DNA from: Chloroflexota bacterium
GTDB lineage: Bacteria; Chloroflexota; Dehalococcoidia; FW602-bin16
Direction of reading: 5' to 3'
Assembly (NCBI GenBank): GCA_004297765.1
Contig: SCTZ01000129.1
Location: 5,113 to 69,112 of the forward strand
DNA length: 64,000 nt
Positions within the stretch are counted from its first letter, which is position 1, and each line of letters opens with the position of its first letter. Below are positions 54,327 to 63,281 of the stretch, piece after piece. A program made the position numbers and the translations under genes. The notes under the pieces were generated by a model. That model saw nothing but the letters and a program-made list of their open reading frames with translations, had not been told where the DNA came from and made no database searches.

Positions 54327-54556
54327 CGCACTCGCAAACCCCCGCGGTCTGCGCTGTCCAAGCCAATCGTCCTCCAGCCTCGGAAGGATTACATCGATCA
54401 GGTTCTCTGGCAGCAGGTAGATCTGCAAGCCGACGGGCAGAGGTTCGTACTGAAGGATCAGCTATCTTCTGATTGGCCTGCCTGCCGCTACAGATAGGCC
54501 ATCGATGCCGCCCATGCGTCTTCGCGCGGCTTCCAGGCTCCAAGTCTAGAGCGAAA

Positions 54557-55723
54557 TCAGCAGGCCTTGCTTTCACGCCAAGCCAAAGCGCCCAAAGCGA
54601 CGATTATCACCACGGCCGACAAGAGCAGAGGTCGCAGGCGGCCTGGGCGCGATGGAATGCTACTATAATCGACCTTCTCGGGAGGAGCGTTGGCCGGCTC
54701 GCGGGGCCTCTCGGCGATGCCGGCCATCATGCGGAGGACACCTCTCTCGACTAATAGCATCTCTCGGAACAGCACCTCCCACTCAGTGTATTCGATCTTG
54801 GCGCTTCTCATGTCACGCTGGATGCTCCCCAACATGGAAACGGACTCATGGCGTGATGCATTTGTACCAGTCTCCAGCGTGTGCCATACACTCCGGATGC
54901 GATCCTCTAGCTGGTTGGCCTCCTTGCTCCAGGTCAGGTACGCTTCCGAGAAGGCTAGTTGCTCGGCAACCGTCGCTCGGGCGTGTACGACCTCGGATTC
55001 CTTACCCCTGACGAGCATGTCCGCCGGATGCAGAGCGACCTCAAGCTTGTCCGATCTGAGAACGACCAGCCGCTCGGCAATGAAGCTCTTCAAAGACCCG
55101 CCCGCTAGAAACGTGACCAACGTGGTGGGCAATCGGATCATCCAGCTTTCCCGATGCCGCTCGGTATGCCAGTCGGCATTCCCGAGAGCGCTCTGAATCT
55201 CCGCGACCACGGACAGATAGTCCTTCGGCTCCACGATCACCGGTACATGCTGGCTGCTCCAACGACGCAGCAGAGTCTGGATCTTGATGATCGGCGCGAA
55301 GACGAGCAGCATCAGTAAGGTCACGGCCAGCCCCAGCGTCAGAGCGTAGCCACGGAGCACAACCCTAGCCGTATCCAACATGCCCTGTGGGCGCTCCTCC
55401 GGATCCACGATCAGGAGTGATACCACGCCCATGACGGCCGGAAGCACGATGGCCGCTGCTGTCATGGCAAGCCTGATCCAGGTTCGGTCGACCCAGCCCG
55501 GTACTGTGACAAGAGCGAGCAGGAAAGTGGCGGCAGACGGGAAGGCAATTCCGATCAGAACGACCAGCCAGAACACCGATCCAAAGGCCAGAATCGAGAG
55601 ATAGATCTGCCGATTCTGCGGAACCTTTCCGAATAGCAGCACGGTCGCCCAGCCAAAGGCCGTGTTCAGTATCTTGCCCAGCGACCTACCGATAGCGGCG
55701 AACAGTGCTTGAAGGATAGCCAC
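54557..55723 (-). CDS. Hypothetical membrane protein (N-terminal multi-TM block, large soluble region, C-terminal TM)
   Basis: The GTG at 55723 is preceded by GAGGGAG, giving VAILQALFAAIGRSLGKILNTAFGWATVLLFGK... No family recognised. The ORF-track extension to 55909 runs through repeat/pseudogene debris. Confidence 0.55.
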   Translation of the reverse strand: MAILQALFAAIGRSLGKILNTAFGWATVLLFGKVPQNRQIYLSILAFGSVFWLVVLIGIAFPSAATFLLALVTVPGWVDRTWIRLAMTAAAIVLPAVMGVVSLLIVDPEERPQGMLDTARVVLRGYALTLGLAVTLLMLLVFAPIIKIQTLLRRWSSQHVPVIVEPKDYLSVVAEIQSALGNADWHTERHRESWMIRLPTTLVTFLAGGSLKSFIAERLVVLRSDKLEVALHPADMLVRGKESEVVHARATVAEQLAFSEAYLTWSKEANQLEDRIRSVWHTLETGTNASRHESVSMLGSIQRDMRSAKIEYTEWEVLFREMLLVERGVLRMMAGIAERPREPANAPPEKVDYSSIPSRPGRLRPLLLSAVVIIVALGALAWRESKAC

Positions 55724-55768
55724 TGCATCTCCCTCTGTACAGGTGTTAGCACCTGCACAGAGGGCAAA

Positions 55769-55880
55769 GGATATGCCACTACGGCTAGGAAGTCTCGGTG
55801 AGTGCCATCCGTGGCGTCCGGTGGAGAGGACCGGTATATCGGTTGGATATGCCGTTATGGCCAGGAAGTCTCGGTGAGTG
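55769..55880. repeat. 36-bp imperfect direct repeat (GGATATGCC..T..GGC.AGGAAGTCTCGGTGAGTG) with 76-bp period; the last 18 bp are identical
   Basis: Copy 1 is 55769-55804 and copy 2 is 55845-55880. AGGAAGTCTCGGTGAGTG is identical at 55787-55804 and 55863-55880. Confidence 0.8.
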
Positions 55881-56132
55881 GGGTAACGATCACCTCCTGA
55901 ACAGCGCACTCGGGCGGCTGCGAAAGGGCAAACAGGATGACATTGGCCACGTTGCGCGGGTCCTGTAGAAACGCCGGGTCAGGCGCCCCCCCGCCCCTTT
56001 GCCCCGATAGCCCTCCGACCTATCGTTCTTGACTGGCAAGTAGAAGTCGTGCGGAGCTTGCACGAGATAATTCAGATAGCTTCCGTGAATGTGCCAGACA
56101 AGCACCCTGTACCGTTTCAAGCCGCACCTCAT
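55855..56132 (-). pseudogene. Juxtaposed gene fragments: a GT1-like glycosyltransferase N-terminus (about 40 aa) followed, in another frame, by an SDR oxidoreductase C-terminus (about 43 aa)
   Basis: Frame 1 from 56132 reads ..YRVLVWHIHGSYLNYLVQAPHDFYLPVKNDRSEGYRG. This resembles the N-terminus of actinobacterial-type GT1 enzymes, and it is followed by nonsense. The shifted frame reads LQDPRNVANVILFALSQPPECAVQEVIVTPLTETSWP* and matches the canonical SDR C-terminus (L.PEDVA.AV.FAL.QP..V.I.E..I.P). A G-rich run at about 55985-55995 separates the two. Confidence 0.55.
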
Positions 56133-56162
56133 CGTCGAGATTGTCTCTGCAGACGCGCCATA

Positions 56163-57269
56163 TCAACCGGCACGTTCGAGTCTATCGAAGGCACCTCTCA
56201 AGACCGGCTGCTCACCCAATCGCGCGAGGAGATTCAGCGAGGCAACCACAACATCTCCGGGCTCGATCCACGTAAGGCAACGATGGTCGCAAGGGCATTC
56301 CCAGTGGGGGCAAGGACTGCAGTCTGCAGCGGCGTACATGACCACGTGCCTGGTTTGATCCAGAGGCGCCCACCGCCGCGGATCAGCGCCACCGAACAGG
56401 ATGACGCTTGGCGTGCCCATGGCCGTCGCAAGATGGGCCGGTCCGCTATCGTTCGTCACGAGCACGGACATCTTACCAATCAGAGCAGCCAGAACCCCTA
56501 GGCTGGTTCGGCCCGCAACATTGATGCAAGGGCCGCCGATGTGGTCGGCGATATATGTGGCCATCTCCTGTTCAGCTGCCACTCCGGTGACAACCACGAG
56601 GCCGCCTAGCGCTAACACCAAGCCTTTGGCTACTTCGGCGAACCGCTCCGCCGGCCAGCGTCGAGCCGGCGGACGTGCGCCGGGGCTAATCCCGACAATA
56701 GGCCGGCCCACGCGCCAGCCAGCGCTTGTGAGGATGCCGGTAGCCTCTGTCCGCTCCTCCTGTGTCACGGGAAACTCATAGTGCATGCCTTGAGCTTGAC
56801 AGCCCAGAGATGTCATCAATTCGAGCACCCGCAGTATCTCCGGATAGCGCGGTGGATAGGGCAAATTGATGTCAAGCAGCGGCTCACCGCGTCCTGGCAC
56901 GAAGTACCCTGCGGCACAACGGGCTCCGAGCTCCAGGGTGAAGAAATTGCTGACGCTTCCGTCACCATGCAGCTGAATGGACAAGTCGTAGCGGCGATCT
57001 TGAGCTTGCTCCAGGAACGCCTGCGTGCGGCGCGATGAGTAGGGAACTTCGGAAATCCCCGGATATCCTGGAAACTCCAGTAGTTGATCCAAGTATGGAA
57101 GACGAGACACCAGATCCTCGGCCCAGGGCAATCCTATAAGCGTGATCTCGGCCCGGGGCCACGTCTCACGCAGCGCGCGCAGACCCGGGACGGCCGTGAG
57201 CAAGTCGCCCAGATGGAGCGCGCGCACGACCGCGATGCGTCGAACCTCGTCGGGAAGCTTAGAATGCAT
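56163..57269 (-). CDS. Glycosyltransferase family 9 (heptosyltransferase-like)
   Basis: The internal Met at 57269 gives MHSKLPDEVRRIAVVRALHLGDLLTAVPGLRALRETWPRAEITLIG... The C-terminal half has LVTNDSGPAHLATAMGTPSVILFG (GT9 nucleotide-sugar binding block). Confidence 0.8.
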   Translation of the reverse strand: MHSKLPDEVRRIAVVRALHLGDLLTAVPGLRALRETWPRAEITLIGLPWAEDLVSRLPYLDQLLEFPGYPGISEVPYSSRRTQAFLEQAQDRRYDLSIQLHGDGSVSNFFTLELGARCAAGYFVPGRGEPLLDINLPYPPRYPEILRVLELMTSLGCQAQGMHYEFPVTQEERTEATGILTSAGWRVGRPIVGISPGARPPARRWPAERFAEVAKGLVLALGGLVVVTGVAAEQEMATYIADHIGGPCINVAGRTSLGVLAALIGKMSVLVTNDSGPAHLATAMGTPSVILFGGADPRRWAPLDQTRHVVMYAAADCSPCPHWECPCDHRCLTWIEPGDVVVASLNLLARLGEQPVLRGAFDRLERAG

Positions 57270-58392
57270 CGATGGGACCTCCAGCGGTAGCTTGATCTCG
57301 GCTAACCTCGACAAACTTCTGCCCCATGCTGACTGAGAGCAGTCCTGAAGCTGCGGCAACAACCTCGGTCGGCGCGACCCCTTGCAGACAGGCGTGATCG
57401 CGTGGGCAGATCCGGCTGTAACAAAGACCGCAGGACACCGGGTGATTCAACACCCGACATGGCACCTGCCATGGCCCCCATTGCTCGGGAGGGTTGGTCA
57501 GAGCGAAGAGATCGACTACAGGCGTCTGAACGGCCGCGGACACGTGGGCCGGTCCAGTGTTGTTGGTAATGACAAGATCGCCCTCCGCGATCAAAGCCAC
57601 AAACTCCCTGAAGCTCAGTAGCCCGACGAACGAATGGAGGGGAACCGTGACCCGGTCCTCAATGCGCCGGCACAGTTCTTCCTCATTTGCAACGCCAGTC
57701 AAAGCCACCTGGCAATCCAATTGTCGCACCAACATCTCCACCACTTCTGCGTAGCTCTCCCAAGGGTAGGTTCGCGCTGGCATCGAGCAGCCGGGATGAA
57801 CAATCACCAGTCTCCGGGATGGATCGATTCCCGATTGGTGAAGGATCTGGCTTATCCGTCTGCGCATCGCCGCACCCACAGACAGAACGAGCCGCGTATC
57901 GTCTGTGGCGAAGCCTTCGGCGCCGACAAGATTCAAAGCGCGCTCCACTTCGTGCATCATGCGGTCCGGATGTCGATGGCGAGTAGTCAGAAGCGACCCC
58001 GACCCATCGATAGAAGCGCCCAGACGTAAGTGGATGTCCGCCAGATAGCACAGGTATGCTGCCGGCAGCGAGCTCTGCCGAAAGCTCGTGAAAATGATAG
58101 CCGCGTCGAAACGGCTGGCACGCAGGTGCCGAATCAGATCTTGCTCGCGAGCGCTGTCCTGGGCCGCGGTCTGCCAAACATCCATCCATGGCGCGGCGTA
58201 GACGATCACGCCGCTCAGATCTGGGTTCAGCTCCGCAGCTTGTGCTCCAACCGAGCTGGCCAGAAGAACCAGCTCGGCGTGGGGCAAGGTTTGCCGAACA
58301 GCGTGAAAAGCGGGAGTGCAGAGTAGCACGTCGCCGAGATTATCCAACCGCACCAGCAGAACTCTCTTCGCCTCGTGCCATCGTGAATCCAC
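57259..58392 (-). CDS. Glycosyltransferase family 9 (heptosyltransferase-like), second paralog
   Basis: RVLLVRLDNLGDVLLCTPAFHAVRQTLPHAELVLLA and ...VITNNTGPAHVSAAVQTPVVDLF. It overlaps the downstream GT9 gene by 11 nt. Confidence 0.8.
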   Translation of the reverse strand: MDSRWHEAKRVLLVRLDNLGDVLLCTPAFHAVRQTLPHAELVLLASSVGAQAAELNPDLSGVIVYAAPWMDVWQTAAQDSAREQDLIRHLRASRFDAAIIFTSFRQSSLPAAYLCYLADIHLRLGASIDGSGSLLTTRHRHPDRMMHEVERALNLVGAEGFATDDTRLVLSVGAAMRRRISQILHQSGIDPSRRLVIVHPGCSMPARTYPWESYAEVVEMLVRQLDCQVALTGVANEEELCRRIEDRVTVPLHSFVGLLSFREFVALIAEGDLVITNNTGPAHVSAAVQTPVVDLFALTNPPEQWGPWQVPCRVLNHPVSCGLCYSRICPRDHACLQGVAPTEVVAAASGLLSVSMGQKFVEVSRDQATAGGPIDAF

Positions 58393-58482
58393 AACCTACC
58401 TCTGTACCGATGAAGCTACTTGGTCCGCCAGACCATGCACGCGTGGTGCAAACCATCTGGGAGGGGTATAGGCGTGTCTCTT

Positions 58483-58528
58483 CTGGGAGCGCGGGCGTCC
58501 TTCCCCAGAAGGACGCCCGCGCTCCCAG
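58483..58528. repeat. Palindromic repeat CTGGGAGCGCGGGCGTCC-(10 nt)-GGACGCCCGCGCTCCCAG (same family as 43216-43250)
   Basis: A perfect 18-bp stem read directly, in the GT9/gmhB intergenic region. Confidence 0.8.
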
Positions 58529-58596
58529 AAGGAACGTCCCTCTCGATAACTCGCATCACGCGATATGTGTCGTCCGCACCGTTGGCTAGCTCACCC

Positions 58597-59172
58597 TCAC
58601 AGCAAGTCATCACTTGCCAGGATGAACCTCACCGCGGCGAGGAAATCTCTCGCTACGTAAGCAGGCGTTCTGCTAGGAACCGTGGGTAGGGTCTCCGTTC
58701 CTACATTCAAGAGGATGCTTCGACAACCAGCCTGGTTCCCAGCCTCTACATCATCCAGGATGTCCCCGATCAACCAGGAGCGCGGCAAGTCGATCTGATG
58801 CTCTTCGGCTGCTTTGAGGAGCATGCCTGGAGCGGGCTTACGGCAGGTACAGTCAAAGGCGTATTCGGCCACGGCGCCGCGAGGGTGATGTGGACAATAG
58901 TAGAACGCACCAATGCGCACGCCTTCCTCGGCTAGGAGCTGAGCAAGGCGTTCATGCATCCGATGCAGCTCGGGCTCGGTGAAATAGTCGAGTGCAATGC
59001 CCGATTGGTTTGTCACGACGATCAACTGATAGCCCGCGGTTTCGAGTAGTCGCAGTCCTGCACATACACCACCCAGCAAGACCATCTTCTCCGGATCATG
59101 CGCGTAGCGACCGTCGGCTACGAGCGTGCCATCTCTGTCCAAGAAGACCGCTCTGTTCACGGTTGCGTCCAT
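58597..59172 (-). CDS. gmhB: D-glycero-D-manno-heptose 1,7-bisphosphate phosphatase-like HAD-IIIA hydrolase
   Basis: AVFLDRDGTLV (DxDxT), IVVTNQSGI, the zinc-binding YYCPHHP...CTCRKPAPGM, and GDILDDVEAG. Confidence 0.8.
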   Translation of the reverse strand: MDATVNRAVFLDRDGTLVADGRYAHDPEKMVLLGGVCAGLRLLETAGYQLIVVTNQSGIALDYFTEPELHRMHERLAQLLAEEGVRIGAFYYCPHHPRGAVAEYAFDCTCRKPAPGMLLKAAEEHQIDLPRSWLIGDILDDVEAGNQAGCRSILLNVGTETLPTVPSRTPAYVARDFLAAVRFILASDDLL

Positions 59173-59342
59173 TCAGAGTCCTTCTGATTACGGCCAAACG
59201 ACCAATACAGTGATCGGTCTACTGCAGGAATCATGCCAGGGATTTATCCGTCTGCTGGCATGAATGCTGCTACACTGCTACATGCTATTGCGGAGCTGAC
59301 ATCCAGCCAAGGGCGTTCATCCATCAAATCCCTTGCGCTTTC

Positions 59343-60056
59343 GTGGTGGCGGATGCACCGCCAAAGGTGTTTATGCCTGCTTCAAATGGGCACAGGCTGG
59401 TGGTCATATCACCGCACTTGGACGATGGGGTCTTCGGGTGTGGACAGCTATTGTCCGCCTGCCCTGAATCGATCGTGCTAACCGTATTTGCTGGGCGACC
59501 TGAGAGCTATGCTGAGCTCACCTCCTGGGATGCGGCCGCGGGATTCCAACCCGGCGAGGATGTCGTTTCGGCTCGCCGCGAAGAGGATCGCTCCGCCCAG
59601 GCGGCACTAGGCTGCCATCCCATCTGGCTCGATTTCTGCGATAGCCAGTACGGCCGCTCTCCGACTATCAGAGCGATCTCCAATGCCCTGGCCACAGTGA
59701 TCTCGGAGATCGGAGCGGAGATCGTCTTCCTGCCCCTGGGACTGTTCCATAGCGACCACAAACTTACCCATGTCGCGGCTCTGCGCATCTCGCGAGACCA
59801 TCAGAATCTGCTGTGGTTTGCCTACGAAGACGCCATCTACCGACGCATTCCGAATTTGACGAGGAAGCGCCTCCTGTCGCTTCAAAGACAAGGCATCGCT
59901 GTCACTCCTGCCGGCTCGTCGTCGGACCACGGCCGCCAGGAGAAATGGCAAGCTATCCAGGAATACCGATCACAGCTTCGTGCCCTTGCTGCCCCCGGCC
60001 ACCCAGGGTATGAGGACGCGCTCGAAGCCGAACGCTACTGGAGGCTTTCCATCTGA
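59343..60056 (+). CDS. PIG-L/LmbE-family N-acetylglucosaminyl deacetylase
   Basis: RLVVISPHLDDGVFGCGQLL (PHxDD motif) and ...LGLFHSDHKLTH (HxxH-type metal ligands). The start may instead be the ATG at 59373. Confidence 0.75.
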   Translation: MVADAPPKVFMPASNGHRLVVISPHLDDGVFGCGQLLSACPESIVLTVFAGRPESYAELTSWDAAAGFQPGEDVVSARREEDRSAQAALGCHPIWLDFCDSQYGRSPTIRAISNALATVISEIGAEIVFLPLGLFHSDHKLTHVAALRISRDHQNLLWFAYEDAIYRRIPNLTRKRLLSLQRQGIAVTPAGSSSDHGRQEKWQAIQEYRSQLRALAAPGHPGYEDALEAERYWRLSI

Positions 60057-60099
60057 CCAGCACATACTTACAACTTACGAACTACAACTGGAAAGAGCC

Positions 60100-61005
60100 A
60101 TGTCTGAACGCGGTTTCCGCCCTGTACCATCGCCTGATCCGCGAGTGGGCGTTGTGGTTCTGACACACAATCGCGCTGACGAAGTGTCTGGAACAATCGA
60201 GCGGCTTGCCGCGCTTCCAGAACGCCCGAAGGTGGTGGTTGTGGACAACGCTTCGTCGGATGGCACTTCGGTGCTGCTGCAGAGGCGCTTTCCGAAAGCT
60301 CAGATCGTCCGGCTTGACATGAACGTCGGTGCAGCGGGCCGCAACATCGGCATACGCCTATGCGATCGACCGTACATAGCGCTGTGCGACGACGACACAT
60401 GGTGGCAACCCGGATCGTTGAGCCGAGCCGCCGACCTCATGGACCGACATCCATCGCTGGCCGTTATCACGGGCAAAGTGCTCGTCGGGGAACAGGAGCG
60501 AATCGACTCAACATGCGTACTCATGTCCCAGAGCCCCCTGGGAATTCCAACTGGGCTACCAGGGCCCGCCTTGCTGGGGTTCCTGGCCGGTGCATCCCTC
60601 GCACGACGAATAGCCTTCCTTCAGGTGGGAGGATTCGAGCCACGCTTCTTTCTGGGCGCTGAAGAGCAGATGCTGGCGCCCGATCTCGCCAGCGCGGGAT
60701 GGGCGCTCGTATACATCGAAGCCGTGGTCATTCACCATCACCCGTCACCCCACCGTGATGCCAGGGCGCGGCGGCGACTGCTCATACGCAACGGCCTTTG
60801 GACAGTGTGGCTACGTAGACCAGTAGGACGAGCGGTGGCAATAACAGCAGACGTCCTGCGACAATGCACACGCGACCGGGCGGCTCGCGCGGCCCTCATT
60901 GAAGCAATTCAGGGGCTACCTTGGGTGATACGAAACCGGCGCGTCATCCCGACTCGTATCGAGCGGCAGCTTCTACAAATTGAGCGACAGCGCCGTGAAC
61001 CTTAA
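60100..61005 (+). CDS. Glycosyltransferase family 2
   Basis: VGVVVLTHNRADEV...VVVVDNASSDGT...NVGAAGRNIG...ALCDDDTWW (DxD) are the GT-A fold signatures. Confidence 0.8.
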   Translation: MSERGFRPVPSPDPRVGVVVLTHNRADEVSGTIERLAALPERPKVVVVDNASSDGTSVLLQRRFPKAQIVRLDMNVGAAGRNIGIRLCDRPYIALCDDDTWWQPGSLSRAADLMDRHPSLAVITGKVLVGEQERIDSTCVLMSQSPLGIPTGLPGPALLGFLAGASLARRIAFLQVGGFEPRFFLGAEEQMLAPDLASAGWALVYIEAVVIHHHPSPHRDARARRRLLIRNGLWTVWLRRPVGRAVAITADVLRQCTRDRAARAALIEAIQGLPWVIRNRRVIPTRIERQLLQIERQRREP

Positions 61006-61138
61006 TCGGCGAGGACCTATCGACATCAGGGGACGGCAGGACCTGAGGACTGCCCACACGTCAATCCAAGCGGCGTGCCGGCTCTTTCGCGTCACGCGAG
61101 CATCACCGGCACGCCAGCTGTCCGCACAGATGCCGACG

Positions 61139-61624
61139 CTATTCGCCCGCGTAGTGCTCTGGCGGCTGCTCCTTTTCGAAGATCTGCCCGCGCCAGGCGC
61201 CGGTCTCTTTCCCACGTGACTCGATGAACTCCTTGAAGTCCTTGAGTTCGGTCTCCACGTGGCGGGAGAGGAAGCCTAGCTTGTCAGCGACGTTTTCGAG
61301 GAGGCCCTGCGGATCGTACTGGACCTCCATCGTAACGCGGCAGCGATCGCCGTCGATGGACTCGAACATCACGAGGCCGTTGTTCGTCGGGCCACTGGTG
61401 CTGCGCCAGGCGATCCGCTTATCGGGCATTTGCTCGATGATCTCAGCGTCCCACTCGCGCTTGACACCTGCGAACTCGGCCCGCCAATGCAGCCTTCGGT
61501 CACTCAGTTGGCGAACCTCCTCCACCCCCTTCATGAACTTGGGGAACTCCTCAAACTGGGTCCACTGGTTATAGGCCGTGCTCACCGGCACGTCGACCTC
61601 GATGGATTTCTTGACAGTATCCAC
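61139..61624 (-). CDS. SRPBCC-superfamily protein (polyketide cyclase/dehydrase-like)
   Basis: The GTG at 61624 follows AAAGGAGGAGG. VDTVKKSIEVDVPVSTAYNQWTQFEEFPKFMKGVEEVRQLSDRRLHWRAEFAGVKREWDAEI...RIAWRS matches the cyclase/dehydrase family pattern. Confidence 0.75.
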   Translation of the reverse strand: MDTVKKSIEVDVPVSTAYNQWTQFEEFPKFMKGVEEVRQLSDRRLHWRAEFAGVKREWDAEIIEQMPDKRIAWRSTSGPTNNGLVMFESIDGDRCRVTMEVQYDPQGLLENVADKLGFLSRHVETELKDFKEFIESRGKETGAWRGQIFEKEQPPEHYAGE

Positions 61625-61999
61625 GTATACCTCCTCCTTTGCCAGGTGCGCCGAGGCTTCGCGTTGCGAACACATAGCATTAAGAACACGCCCGAATCTC
61701 GATACCGCGTCGGTAACAGCGCATTCCTGGCAGCATCTGCACCTCTCCTAGTGCTGTGTGATCTTGCTCACAGCATTACTGGCGCGACCAGAAAGCTGGA
61801 GCACGGAGCGTGCCAGATGGAAATACCCGACCGCATCACGAATCTGGCATAGATGCTGCTGAATTCCTCAGTGTCGGCGCTTATGTCTACTACGGCAGCG
61901 CCGACTGGGGGTACGGCGTGTGGCTGGTCATCGGCCGTCGTCAGACGGCCGCCGACTAGCACACGACGTGCCGTCTCTCGTCTGCAAAGGAGGGCAGAA

Positions 62000-62155
62000 A
62001 TGGCCAGCATACTGTGGTTCCTGGTGGTATTGCTAGTTGTCCTCTGGCTGCTTGGCCTCGTCGCCAACATCGGAGGCAACCTGATCTACATCCTGCTCGT
62101 TCTGGCCGCCGTCGCGCTGATCTTCAACCTACTCTTCGGTCGCCGGTACGTCTGA
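62000..62155 (+). CDS. Small two-TM membrane protein (lmo0937-family-like)
   Basis: The ATG at 62000 follows AAGGAGGG. MASILWFLVVLLVVLWLLGLVANIGGNLIYILLVLAAVALIFNLLFGRR matches the pattern of this small-protein family. Confidence 0.6.
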   Translation: MASILWFLVVLLVVLWLLGLVANIGGNLIYILLVLAAVALIFNLLFGRRYV

Positions 62156-62260
62156 GTAACGCCAGCGGCGCTACCCGATGGCAACCGGACTGGTAAAGAA
62201 GAGACGCCTACGATCAAGAGGTCTCAGCTAGATGAGATCCGGTCATGAACCGAGGCCGGT

Positions 62261-62294
62261 CCTGGGAGCGCCCGCCTGAGGCGGGCGCTCCCAG
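62261..62294. repeat. Palindromic repeat CCTGGGAGCGCCCGCC-TGAG-GCGGGCGCTCCCAGG (variant of the 43216 family)
   Basis: A perfect 15-bp stem read directly, between two convergent small membrane-protein genes. It may act as a terminator. Confidence 0.75.
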
Positions 62295-62328
62295 GCAGCA
62301 TCGTCTCACAATTATGACCACGTCTCGG

Positions 62329-62478
62329 CTAGATGAGCATTGCGAGAGCCAGGGCGATCACGGCCAGGGCCAACATCAGGGTCGTCGAAAACCCCAGCAA
62401 CGCCACAATGCCCAGAATCAGTCCTATGATCGCCAGCACCGTATTGATAGTAATCCCCGCGGCAAAGGGTCTTCTCAT
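62329..62478 (-). CDS. Small hydrophobic protein (49 aa, two TM; DUF1328/UPF0391-like)
   Basis: It is below the ORF-track length cut-off. The ATG at 62478 follows GAAAGGGG. MRRPFAAGITINTVLAIIGLILGIVALLGFSTTLMLALAVIALALAMLI*. Confidence 0.5.
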   Translation of the reverse strand: MRRPFAAGITINTVLAIIGLILGIVALLGFSTTLMLALAVIALALAMLI

Positions 62479-62571
62479 CTTCTAAGCCCCTTTCTTCAAC
62501 TCGGGCCGGGCCCAACCGTGTCGCGCGCCCGACAGTCCGAACTACCAGCACGTTTCATGCCCCCGACAAAC

Positions 62572-62600
62572 TTGACCGCGATAGTCAACCGGTTTATTAT
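62572..62600 (+). promoter_or_regulatory. Sigma-70-type promoter TTGACC-17 nt-TATTAT overlapping the palindrome TTGAC-N7-GTCAA; candidate marR promoter/operator
   Basis: The hexamers and the 17-nt spacer were counted directly. The marR ATG begins 6 nt after the -10 hexamer. Confidence 0.5.
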
Positions 62601-62606
62601 ATAGAT

Positions 62607-63122
62607 ATGGATAATATCGTGGATCGCGAATCGGACGCCGTATGCCGAGCCGCGAAGTCGCTCGGGCGACAGTACCCCGGGGCAGACTTGACGACTATCG
62701 AGACGGTAGTTACGCTCCTGCGCATGCAGGGACGGCTGGTGCGAAGCCTGGACGAGCGGTTCCGCCCGTTCGGGCTGACGGCCGCTAAGTTCGACCTCCT
62801 GATGGTTCTGCATCGGGCGCCCAGTCGGCGACTGACTATGTGGGAGATCGGTCGGCATCTGGGCGTCACGCGCACCAACGTGACCGGACTGGTGGACGGA
62901 CTGGAGCGGGACAACCTGGTGCGACGGCTGCCACACCCGGAGGACCGCCGCTCGCTGCTGGCCGAGCTGACAGCAGAAGGCGAGGAGCTGGTGCATCGCG
63001 TGCTGCCGGAGACCTGGAGCTGGATGGACGATCTGCTGGACGATTTCAGTCTGGACGAGAAGCATCAGATGCTGCGGCTGCTGAGAAAAGTGCAGGCCCG
63101 GCTAGGAGCGCGCGCGGAATAG
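62607..63122 (+). CDS. MarR-family transcriptional regulator
   Basis: 171 aa. FGLTAAKFDLLMVLHRAP..RLTMWEIGRHLGVTRTNVTGLVDGLERDNLVRRLPHPEDRRS is the canonical MarR wHTH plus wing. Confidence 0.9.
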   Translation: MDNIVDRESDAVCRAAKSLGRQYPGADLTTIETVVTLLRMQGRLVRSLDERFRPFGLTAAKFDLLMVLHRAPSRRLTMWEIGRHLGVTRTNVTGLVDGLERDNLVRRLPHPEDRRSLLAELTAEGEELVHRVLPETWSWMDDLLDDFSLDEKHQMLRLLRKVQARLGARAE

Positions 63123-63281
63123 GGAACGCAAGACGCCTCTTTTCTTGAGACGAGGAACCGGTTCATCGTCGTCAGGGAACGGAACGACAGCAACGCAACC
63201 CACAGTGCGGGCCACTGGCATGTCCCATGCGCTATGCACGGGTATAGCGCGGTATAGCATAGAAAGACGTGATAGAGACAA

